A stretch of DNA of 64,000 nt from a virus. The notes beneath the pieces are model-generated. The model saw nothing but the letters and a program-made list of their open reading frames with translations. It was not told the origin of the DNA and searched no databases. Below are positions 17,588 through 26,476 of this stretch, one piece after another; the stretch's first letter is position 1, and the number at the start of each line of letters is the position of its first letter. Location of the stretch: positions 7,424 through 71,423 of the IMG/VR virus record IMGVR_UViG_3300044568_004476; one strand, given 5' to 3'. A program made the translations under genes and the position numbers.

Positions 17588-19306
17588 ATGAAATTGATAA
17601 ACGAACAAGAAATCTATGACACATGGTCGCCTCTTATTGAGAGCAAGGCTGGTATCACAGATGAAAACAAAAAAGGATGGTTGACTAAATATTGTCATTA
17701 CCATTCATTAAACGAATCTGCTGGTGCATACAATTCACTAGGCGTAGTAAACGGTATGGGTACTGTTGCTCCTCCAGCATTCCCAGGTGCTTCATATCCC
17801 GGTGGTGCTTATTCATCTGGCGCTAACGCTGGTTTTTATAACAACACTTGGCAAGGTTCAGGCGATAAATTCCCTTCATTACTTCCATTAGCTATTCAAG
17901 TAGCTGCGAAGACTGTAGGTTTTGATATCGTTCCTGTTATCCCTATGTCAGGTCCAACTGGTATCTTGTCTTACTTAGACTACGTATACGCAGGTGGTAA
18001 GGTAGGTGCTGCTGCAGCTTCTTCAGCTGCTGATCAGTTAGCTTCTGCTCCTTCAATGATTAAATTCCCAGTTTACCAAACTGCTTCAGGTACTCCTGGC
18101 GCTACTGGTGCTACTGCTGGAACTTTTACAGTAGGTGCTACTGCTTCTGTAAGCAACACTTTACTTTTAACTTTCGTAGGTCTATCAAGAATTGATGGTT
18201 TCCCTATCTTCCAAATCACTGCTTTAGCATCAGGTTCTAACGTTGCTTCTTACTTCAACGGTACTCCTGCACAAGTAGTTACTGGAGCTGGTGGATCAGG
18301 ATTTTACACTCAAAACTCATCTGGAACTGCACAATTAGTTAAAGCTTTAGAAGATCACATCCAAGGTTACTCTGGTGCTGGTTTCAACAACGATCAAGCT
18401 TTTCAAGGTCCTTACGTTGATGGTACTAAAACTTACAACCCAATGTTAAGAGGTGTTGCTGAGTCTACTTACTACAACTCAATGGGTCTTTCGACTTTCA
18501 CTAAGTTCGTAGAAGCTGAAACTTTCCAAGTTGCTGCTTCAGTTACAACTGAGCAAATTCAGGATCTTAACAAACAATTCGGTATCGATGTTATTTCAAT
18601 GATCGAAAACGCATTGGTTAATGAGGTTTCTCAAGCAATTAACAAACACATCCTTTCAAGAGCATTTGCTTTAGGCTGGTCTAACCACGTACAATTCTTA
18701 AGCGTAGAAAACCAAAACCTTAACTTAAACTTAGTTATTAGTGGTGGTGTTGGAACTACTGCTGCTTACGTTAAGAAAGACGACACTACTGCTTCTATGG
18801 CAATCCCTGCAGGTCCTGCATCAGGAGGTTATGAGAACTTATCTACTTTACAAAGAAGATTATTCTCTAGAATCCTTGCAGCTGCTAACGTTGTAGCTAA
18901 CAGAGGTAGAAGAGGTCCTGCTAACTTCATCGTTACAAACGCTGCAGTTGCAAGTGCACTTCAAGATATCTCTCAGTTCACTTTCGCTCCATTCTCTAAT
19001 ACTTTAACTCAAAACAACGGTACTTTATACCCTGTAGGTTCACTTGCTGGTATGACTGTATATGTTGATCAAAACATGAGCTACGGTGATACAAGAGTTT
19101 GTATCGGTAGAAAAGGTGGTGATGACGAACCGGGTATAAAATTCATGCCTTATATGATGGCGGAGTCTATCCAAACTATCAGTGAGGGTACTATGTCACC
19201 TAAAATAGCAGTTAAAAGTAGGTATGCACTTGTCGAAGCCGGCTTCCTACCTGAGACAATGTATCTAACATTTTATGTAAACGTACCTGCTGGTGGTTTA
19301 GCATAA
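17588..19306 (+). CDS. gp23: Major capsid protein, T4 gp23-like
   Basis: PVIPMSGPTG, TTEQIQDL...FGID, EVSQAINK.I, RRGPANFIV, GSLAG..VYVD, FMPY, KSRYAL; strongly biased codons typical of a highly expressed gene. Confidence 0.95.
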   Translation: MKLINEQEIYDTWSPLIESKAGITDENKKGWLTKYCHYHSLNESAGAYNSLGVVNGMGTVAPPAFPGASYPGGAYSSGANAGFYNNTWQGSGDKFPSLLPLAIQVAAKTVGFDIVPVIPMSGPTGILSYLDYVYAGGKVGAAAASSAADQLASAPSMIKFPVYQTASGTPGATGATAGTFTVGATASVSNTLLLTFVGLSRIDGFPIFQITALASGSNVASYFNGTPAQVVTGAGGSGFYTQNSSGTAQLVKALEDHIQGYSGAGFNNDQAFQGPYVDGTKTYNPMLRGVAESTYYNSMGLSTFTKFVEAETFQVAASVTTEQIQDLNKQFGIDVISMIENALVNEVSQAINKHILSRAFALGWSNHVQFLSVENQNLNLNLVISGGVGTTAAYVKKDDTTASMAIPAGPASGGYENLSTLQRRLFSRILAAANVVANRGRRGPANFIVTNAAVASALQDISQFTFAPFSNTLTQNNGTLYPVGSLAGMTVYVDQNMSYGDTRVCIGRKGGDDEPGIKFMPYMMAESIQTISEGTMSPKIAVKSRYALVEAGFLPETMYLTFYVNVPAGGLA

Positions 19307-19348
19307 TAACAATTCAACTGTAAATTTTAATTAATTTACTGTAAAGAT

Positions 19349-19378
19349 AAAGCTCCGGTGAAACCCGGAGCTTTTTTT
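19349..19378 (+). terminator. Rho-independent terminator after major capsid gene
   Basis: AAAGCTCCGG-TGAAAC-CCGGAGCTTT followed by a T run. Confidence 0.9.
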
Positions 19379-19413
19379 AATGTATAATATATAGTTTAAA
19401 TTGATACAGACCT

Positions 19414-20907
19414 ATGAAGAATAAAAAAATTGTCCAATATGCATTAGACGGAGAATTGATAAGGATACATGATTCCATTGTCGATGCTATGAATAGCGTT
19501 GGATTAAAGAGTCATTCCGGTATAATTGGATGTTGTAAATTTAAGCCTGGTGCTAATAGTACTGCTGGATATCAATGGAGATATTATGATGTGAACAATG
19601 TATTCGGTAATATAGGATCCGCAACCAAACGTGGCGATACATATAAACAAAAATATGGTAGCGGAACGGAAGGTGCTACTGTTATTAACGACAAGAAGGT
19701 AAACACAATGATGTCAAAATTCGGGGTTTCCCACCCTATGCTAGATACTGATACTAAAAAAAAGTACGAAAATTCTTGTATGATAAAATATGGAGAAATA
19801 AATCCTGCCAAGAGTGATATCGTGAGAATGAAAATATCAAAAACTGAAAGAGCTAAAAAAACTAACAGTTATATAAAATTGCTTGACAGTAGTATGAAAT
19901 TTTGCGGGATTTCCGATGATGATATTCTTACGCTAATGGATAATAAATGCTTACATACTTTTGATATAAATCGTCAATTACTTACTGTTAGAGGAAGAAA
20001 CTCTCATATTATTTGCACATTATGCAATCCTGTTGATTCCAACCAAAAATCAGAAATAGAAAGGTTTTTATTTGATTTGCTTTCCGAAAATATCAGTGAA
20101 ATATATCCTAATGTCAAAGGTCTAGTACCTGGCAGATATGAAGTTGATATATTTTTAAAATCATTTAATATCGGGATCGAAGTGAATGGTATTAAATTCC
20201 ATAGTGAGGAATATGGAAAATTTAAAAACCATCATCTTTCTAAGACTGAAATATTTGGTAATAATGGAATTTTTTTATACCATTTTTTTGATGATGAGGT
20301 ATCCGAAAAATCCGGTATAATCAGATCTATGATATTTAATAGAATTGGATTAAGTAAAAAGATATATGCAAGAAATTGCAGGATCTCTAGAATAAGTAAT
20401 ATTGAATCAATTGAATTTCTATCCAATAATCATATGCAAGGTCCAGTTAATTCAGAGTATTGCTATGGTTTGTATCACAAGGATATTCTGGTTTCTGTTA
20501 TGACTTTTTGCAAACCAAGAAAATATACCAACTCAAAATCATATGTTGGACATTTTGAATTACTTAGATTCTGCAATATTATAAACGTTTCTGTGGTTGG
20601 CGGTGCATCGAGACTACTTAAAATGTTCATCAAAGAAATGAAACCAATTAAAATAGTATCGTATGCAAATAGAAGATGGAGCGATGGGAATTTATACCGA
20701 AAGCTTGGCTTCAGTTTTGATGGATTTACTGAACCCGGTTACTATTTTTTTTACAAAAATAAAAGAATCAATCGAACAAAATTAAGAAGAAAAGAATTAA
20801 TAAAACTTGGGTGTGACGATAAACTATCAACCGCTGATATGTTAATTTATATAGGAGCATATAAAATATGGGACTGCGGAAATTATAAATTTTCACTAAG
20901 ACCATGA
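19414..20907 (+). mobile_element. Free-standing homing endonuclease-like gene (NUMOD1 + Vsr/Hef-like nuclease + GNAT-like C-terminus)
   Basis: N-terminal KKIVQYALDGELIRIHDSI..A...STAGYQWRY (NUMOD1-like), KYG repeats, CxxC, EVDIF....IGIEVNG..FHSE, then NHMQG/ELLRFC/VVGGASRL/SYANRRWS.GNLY.KLGF; codon style differs from neighbours. Confidence 0.75.
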
Positions 20908-20961
20908 TGTAAAAAGAATCTTTGGTAGGGATATATAGATTAAAATTATCAATATTTTCGA

Positions 20962-22110
20962 ATGAAGAATTTACCATCTTTTAATGATTTTAAAAAATAC
21001 GAGTCTCTGATAGAAACTGTAGACCGTGAACTTAGTGAGGAGTTTGCTTCTTTAGAATCAGCGAATCCAAATCACACGATAAACGAAGGAATCTTCGGCG
21101 ACTATCTTAAGAATTCACTTTCTAAATTTTTCTTAGGTTCTTTATCTAGAGTAGGCATGATTGATAAGGCTAGAAAACTTCTAGTAGACTTAGAAATCGA
21201 TATTATAGAAAAAAGAGATGCCTTCGAAGAAACGATAGAAAAATTAGATTCTGAGATTGATGGATTAAGCTCTATAAATGACAAAGAAAAAATAAATGCT
21301 GTTATAAAAGACAGAGACAGTAAAATAAAGGAGCTCGAATCATTTCTTAAATCCCATGCTCTTAAGATAAAGAAAGCAAAGGACTACATAAACAAGGTTA
21401 TTGAAGGTAATCCTAGAAGAAGAGAATATTTTGAAGCAGCAAGAGCAGATGATGAAATTGCATTAGCTGAACTTGAATATAAATTAGCTAAGGATAGAGC
21501 TGATGACTCGGACATCAAGAAATTTGAAGAGAAGATTAAAGAGAAGAAGAAAGAGGCAGAAGAAAAAGCTCAAGATCTAAAAGATCAAATGGATAAAAAA
21601 TCTAAATCTGAAAAAGCCCCAGAGTCTGATAATTCTGATGATCTTTCATTAGATCCAGAAAAAGAAAAGAAAAAGGTAGCTAGAAGAAAGGGCAAGGATA
21701 TCATCGAGAGAAAAAAAGAACTCGAAAAAGATATTGCTGATCTAAGATCAGACATCGAAAGAAAGCTAATAACTTTAGAAAAAAGAATAAAAGCTAACCC
21801 TAATAAAGTTAGCAAATCATATGTAGAAAAAGTTAAGGTTGAATTGCTTGAACTTAGCTCAGTCTTAGATTCTAAGAAAAACCTATTAGTATTATATAGG
21901 AATCTAGGTAAAACCGAATCTGATATAGATAAAAAATTAAGCAAAGAACAAGAATTCACCAAGCTAACCAACATGATAAATCAGGAAATAGTTGATGGTG
22001 AAGATGCAAACTCTGGAACTAAAAAAATAATTTCTGATGTGTTTGTTACCTCTTCAGGTAACATTGACGTTAGTAAATTAAGATCTGCAAAAGATAAACT
22101 AAACAACTAA
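20962..22110 (+). CDS. Coiled-coil hypothetical protein, putative internal head protein
   Basis: Leader MKNLPSFNDF...LIE...INEG; K/E-rich helical; GATATATA at 20930. Confidence 0.7.
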   Translation: MKNLPSFNDFKKYESLIETVDRELSEEFASLESANPNHTINEGIFGDYLKNSLSKFFLGSLSRVGMIDKARKLLVDLEIDIIEKRDAFEETIEKLDSEIDGLSSINDKEKINAVIKDRDSKIKELESFLKSHALKIKKAKDYINKVIEGNPRRREYFEAARADDEIALAELEYKLAKDRADDSDIKKFEEKIKEKKKEAEEKAQDLKDQMDKKSKSEKAPESDNSDDLSLDPEKEKKKVARRKGKDIIERKKELEKDIADLRSDIERKLITLEKRIKANPNKVSKSYVEKVKVELLELSSVLDSKKNLLVLYRNLGKTESDIDKKLSKEQEFTKLTNMINQEIVDGEDANSGTKKIISDVFVTSSGNIDVSKLRSAKDKLNN

Positions 22111-22112
22111 GT

Positions 22113-23048
22113 ATGACTTTAAAATTTAACGAATGGAGCAGCTTAAACGAAGCTGGTATATTTGACAAGATAAAAAACTGGTTAAGCAGCACTTTCGGCG
22201 GAAGTATAGATTCGTTAGATAAATTAGCTAATGAGTATAGATCTGCAGAGATTGAATATGTTGAGAAGTGGGAAGATATTAATGTTGAGATTGATAAGTT
22301 AGATCTAGAAAGATCTCAAACTAAGAGCGATCCCGCAGAGATAAAAAGAATTGATCGTTTAATTCAAAGAAATAATGAGCTAATGGAAGCTCAGTCTAGA
22401 TCACACGAGAAAAGAACCGAAAGTATATTTACTAAGGTTAGAGATGTCATAAGCGAGAATAAAAAAGTTAGAATATATTGGGAAAAACTTAAAACAAAAG
22501 TTGATGCCGATATAGCTGAGGAGATGTATAGGAAAGCTAAAAACCTAGCAGATTCTTCTCTTTCCGGATCATTGTACGCTAAATATAAAGCAGCAGTATT
22601 AAAAGCTAAACAGAAAGATACCGACTTCAGAAATAGATACGGTAACTTGATGACCAAGGATATTGAATCAGGCGAAAGATTTAAAGATAAATCTAGATCA
22701 TCTAGATTTACTAGCGATTCTGATAAGTCTGAAAAATCAGGAAACGAAAGCGATGCCTCATTTGAATTCCTAGCTAAATTACCTTTGATTGAATTTACAA
22801 ATGCTATAAAGGGATACATTCCAGCCCAAGCAAAGAAACTTGTTTCATTTCTTTTAAAGGAAAGAAACGACAGATACGTTGCTATGGATATGGAAAGAGA
22901 TATCTTAAATAAGGAAGTCGAGAATTCATCTAGTCCTGATGAAGCAAGACAATTTGCTTCTAAAAGAATAAAGGAGATTAGAGAGAAATATATGGATGAA
23001 ATAAGAGACCTAAGATCTAAAATAACAATTGCTAGAAAGTATGCTTAA
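22113..23048 (+). CDS. Coiled-coil hypothetical protein, paralog of upstream ORF
   Basis: Leader MTLKFNEWSSLNEAG; N-terminal half aligns by eye with 20962..22110. Confidence 0.7.
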   Translation: MTLKFNEWSSLNEAGIFDKIKNWLSSTFGGSIDSLDKLANEYRSAEIEYVEKWEDINVEIDKLDLERSQTKSDPAEIKRIDRLIQRNNELMEAQSRSHEKRTESIFTKVRDVISENKKVRIYWEKLKTKVDADIAEEMYRKAKNLADSSLSGSLYAKYKAAVLKAKQKDTDFRNRYGNLMTKDIESGERFKDKSRSSRFTSDSDKSEKSGNESDASFEFLAKLPLIEFTNAIKGYIPAQAKKLVSFLLKERNDRYVAMDMERDILNKEVENSSSPDEARQFASKRIKEIREKYMDEIRDLRSKITIARKYA

Positions 23049-23313
23049 ATATAAAGAATTCCTTGTTAATGAGGAAGACAGCGAAGAGACCAAAATTCAG
23101 AGAATAAAAACAACTCTTTCCCAAAAGTTTGATGCAATTAAAAAAGCTAAGGAATCTAAAAAACCTGGGGACACTGCTTCGGAGATAGCAAGCATAAATC
23201 AACAAGCTGGAATGTATCAAGAGATATCTCTTTTGATGAAAACACTTTCATCAGAAATACAAAAGGGCAATACTGGTAAGAATGCTGCTGGACCTAAAGA
23301 AAATATATACTAA
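23041..23313 (+). CDS. Small hypothetical protein with MLKYKEF..VNE leader
   Basis: ATG 23041 overlaps the upstream gene end and gives MLKYKEFLVNEED. Confidence 0.65.
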   Translation: MLKYKEFLVNEEDSEETKIQRIKTTLSQKFDAIKKAKESKKPGDTASEIASINQQAGMYQEISLLMKTLSSEIQKGNTGKNAAGPKENIY

Positions 23314-23324
23314 AACATTAAATT

Positions 23325-25802
23325 ATGAACAATAATCCATACATCCACAATCAGGTAGCTAAACAGCTATTAGAAGGATATTATACTAAGCTATTAGAAA
23401 ATGAACAAGTAGATTCTTTGCTTGTTAAGGTTTGTGACAATGCTTTAAATGCTTTTAAAATATTAACTTTTGATCTAGCTCCAAAAAGAGATAGAAACCC
23501 TGATGTAATTAGGCTTAAGCTTTCTGATATTTCAAACTCAAAAACTGTAAAATCATTAACTGCTAAATTGATTGACTATGCAGACGATAATGATCTAGCA
23601 GATTCTAGATATGCAGAAGCTAAAAGATTATACTTAGAAAGTCTACATAAATTTGCAGAGTCACTTGATAGAGCTTCCGAGATATCAAAATCGAAAGATG
23701 AGGTTGTATTTAAACAGTTTAAAATGGCTACAACCAAACTACAGAATTCTATAGATAATATAGCTAAACAAGCCGAGGAAGAAGCTAAGAAGTTGGATGA
23801 CAGCGAAGGCTTCGAATTAGATGATATCTTAAATGAATCTATCTTTACTGGTTATAGAAGAAGAGTAGATAATCTAAAAAAACTTCTTACTAATTTAATA
23901 AGCTCTGCGGAAGGTAAAGATCAAAAATCAGGATACGGAAGAGACTGGAAAAGAACATTCCTAGATGTTGACGAAAAAAGAAAAGCTTTAGATAACACGG
24001 AGGGCGGGGATAAGAATAGAAAAATGCTTGATGAATTAGAAAAGCAAGTTGATAAATTCCAGGAAGAATTCAACACCACTATGATTCAAACAGCAAATAG
24101 ATCTTTACAAAAGTTAGAGGATGACGAGGAGGTTTATACAACGTATTCTGATGTTACTAATTTAGTTAGCCAAGCGCTAGATCTAATGACTAGAGCAAAA
24201 ACACAGTACGGAATAGCTGTTAATGTTATCAAGGATGAAAATGAAGTTAAAGAAGTAGAAACTGCTAAAGCAATTTTCCCTTTAAAAAGAGGGGATGCAG
24301 ATTCTGATAAGAAGATAAAAGGAAGCGGATTAATCTTTGCTATTCAAACTGCACTTTGTGACGGTATAACTTCTGCAGGTAAATTAATAAAATCTAAAGG
24401 AGGTCCTAATGGAAAATATGGTCCAGCTACAACCGCTGTTATCTCAACTATCCAAAAATTATCAGGTAATAAAAATGCAAGCGGTCAGATAGACCAGGCA
24501 TTGTTAACTGATATAATTGCTTCCGATTGGGTTTCAGATAAGAATAGAAAAGCTATTAATACAGCTTTGCATATGATAGGAACTAAAATGAATGATAGTT
24601 TATCCACCTCTGGATATGTCAAAAGCATATCAGAGCTATTTTCTTATATCAATGAGGGTAAAATTGTTATAAATAACTCTGATTTCGAAAAGGAGTTAGG
24701 TGCACAATATAAAGTTCATGGAGCAGTAACGTCCCCAGAAAAATCTGCTGAATCTTCGGATGCAAAATCAGCATCTGGAGTAAAGGGTCTAGCTAAAAAA
24801 CTTAGATCTGAATATAATATAAAAGTTGAGTCTGATGATTTTGTTAAACAAGACGGATCGCTTAAAGCATCATATAGCACAGAGTTTATAAAAGATTGGA
24901 ATCTAGCTTTAGATGAAGCTAAACCAACTGAAGAATTCTCATACTTCTTTGCTAAAGGAGCAGTTTATAATATCAACATTGGATCATCATCATTAAAAAC
25001 TCCATGCAACTGGAATAAATGGGCAGAGGCTAGACAAATCAAAACACTGGGTAACGAAGACGCAACTGAATTCCTTAGAAATTATCTTAAAGGTTGGACA
25101 ACATTCGGTATGATCAGACCTCAAATGAGATATGATGGTATAAAAGAATTGCTTAAGAAGAATTTAAATAATGATGATTTAGATCTTTCTGGACCTTTTG
25201 AAATGATGGAATCTTCTATTAAGAATAAAGAAATCCCTTTTATAGATTACGATAACCTTAAAAGTGATATCTCTAAAGCTTTTAATGTTGCTTTACAAAA
25301 AAGCGACAAAAGTCCAGACTTAGGTAAAGAAGAATTCGTTGCGATCAACAACTTCCTTATAATGGTAGCTAACTGCGTTACGTTTGATGGTAGTAAATTC
25401 ATAAGCTGCATAAAATGGATCAATGATAATGTTTTAGGAGCTTCTACAGCTAAAAGAATATCTAATGATAGTATATTCGGTTTAACTGAAGAAGATTCTG
25501 ATAGCGGACCAATGCTAACTTACGAAGGATCTAAGATCATAGTAGGCGAGTATGACGATATCAAGAAAAGAAAAACAACCTCCAAAAGGCAGATGTCATC
25601 TGCACTTGATGGGATAGGAATACTAGGCAATCTGAAAGGATCTGATAGTGGAATAAAAAACATCCTGGGTAATAACTGCTACTATATAGCTGCTGACATT
25701 TACCCTAGTATAGCAACACACGTAAAAAGGATGAACGCTACTTCATTTGATGAGATACCACAACAATCTCCTTTCAAATGTGTTAATGCTGATAAAAAAT
25801 AA
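23325..25802 (+). CDS. Large helical protein with central peptidoglycan-binding (PG_binding_1-like) domain
   Basis: FPLKRGD...IFAIQTAL...GPNGKYGPATTAVISTIQK......SGQID at about 24276-24520; LLE/LNE/INE sites. Confidence 0.7.
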   Translation: MNNNPYIHNQVAKQLLEGYYTKLLENEQVDSLLVKVCDNALNAFKILTFDLAPKRDRNPDVIRLKLSDISNSKTVKSLTAKLIDYADDNDLADSRYAEAKRLYLESLHKFAESLDRASEISKSKDEVVFKQFKMATTKLQNSIDNIAKQAEEEAKKLDDSEGFELDDILNESIFTGYRRRVDNLKKLLTNLISSAEGKDQKSGYGRDWKRTFLDVDEKRKALDNTEGGDKNRKMLDELEKQVDKFQEEFNTTMIQTANRSLQKLEDDEEVYTTYSDVTNLVSQALDLMTRAKTQYGIAVNVIKDENEVKEVETAKAIFPLKRGDADSDKKIKGSGLIFAIQTALCDGITSAGKLIKSKGGPNGKYGPATTAVISTIQKLSGNKNASGQIDQALLTDIIASDWVSDKNRKAINTALHMIGTKMNDSLSTSGYVKSISELFSYINEGKIVINNSDFEKELGAQYKVHGAVTSPEKSAESSDAKSASGVKGLAKKLRSEYNIKVESDDFVKQDGSLKASYSTEFIKDWNLALDEAKPTEEFSYFFAKGAVYNINIGSSSLKTPCNWNKWAEARQIKTLGNEDATEFLRNYLKGWTTFGMIRPQMRYDGIKELLKKNLNNDDLDLSGPFEMMESSIKNKEIPFIDYDNLKSDISKAFNVALQKSDKSPDLGKEEFVAINNFLIMVANCVTFDGSKFISCIKWINDNVLGASTAKRISNDSIFGLTEEDSDSGPMLTYEGSKIIVGEYDDIKKRKTTSKRQMSSALDGIGILGNLKGSDSGIKNILGNNCYYIAADIYPSIATHVKRMNATSFDEIPQQSPFKCVNADKK

Positions 25803-25803
25803 A

Positions 25804-25837
25804 AAAAACCCTCGATTCTAAAAAGATCGGGGTTTTT
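25804..25837 (+). terminator. Rho-independent terminator
   Basis: AAAAACCC-T-CGAT...ATCG-GGGTTTTT imperfect stem just after the 825-aa gene stop. Confidence 0.65.
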
Positions 25838-25861
25838 CGTGGTCTCTCCGTACTAATTTAT

Positions 25862-25904
25862 TATATTTGCTAAGTGGAACATGTATTGTGTTCTGCTATA
25901 GAAA
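25862..25904 (+). promoter_or_regulatory. TATATTTG box plus GGAAC-N18-TAGAAA motif upstream of kinase/AsnB operon
   Basis: TATATTTG 25862-25869; GGAAC 25876-25880; TAGAAA 25899-25904. Confidence 0.5.
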
Positions 25905-25911
25905 GAAATAT

Positions 25912-26472
25912 ATGATATACGTATTTGAAGGTCCAAGAAATTCTGGTAAAACATTTTTATCTGAGCATATCTCAGAATATTTTCATATTCCAAGATTTCA
26001 GTTTAAGTTTGCTAATTTCTTTAGTGATCTAAATCTAAAAAGTGAGGATAGCAAAGAAGCCCATGCATTTTCATTAGGTAAAGAGTTTATGCTTATGCAG
26101 TTAGCAAAGGACATACCACAGGGATCATTCATACACGACAGAGGGATATTAACTGTCTTAGTGTGGGGATTGCTCGAGGGTAGAATAACTGAGGAAGAAG
26201 CTAGAAATCAAATAGAAATATTAAAGAAATATTCTCTTCTCCACGAGATCACTATCATTTATATAAATGGAGAAAATCCAGACAAGTCAGATAGAAGTAA
26301 AGATCAGTGGGATCATATAGATGGCGAAACTAGAGAAAGAGACACTTATGAGAAAGTAATAATAATGTTTCAAGAAGCTGGACTACATAAGATATGGGCA
26401 TTTACAAATAAATTCGACGACCAATCAGTGAGCAATATAGACTCAATGTTTGAAGATATACTTTTTAATTAA
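25912..26472 (+). CDS. P-loop nucleoside monophosphate kinase (thymidylate kinase-like)
   Basis: MIYVFEGPRNSGKT Walker A and IHDRG motif; start reassigned to ATG 25912. Confidence 0.75.
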   Translation: MIYVFEGPRNSGKTFLSEHISEYFHIPRFQFKFANFFSDLNLKSEDSKEAHAFSLGKEFMLMQLAKDIPQGSFIHDRGILTVLVWGLLEGRITEEEARNQIEILKKYSLLHEITIIYINGENPDKSDRSKDQWDHIDGETRERDTYEKVIIMFQEAGLHKIWAFTNKFDDQSVSNIDSMFEDILFN

Positions 26473-26476
26473 AAAC

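Noticed and set aside
4829-19306. Inteins or introns in ligase, clamp loader or capsid genes
   Set aside because: Protein lengths are normal, motifs are contiguous, and no intein splice-junction or LAGLIDADG blocks are visible.
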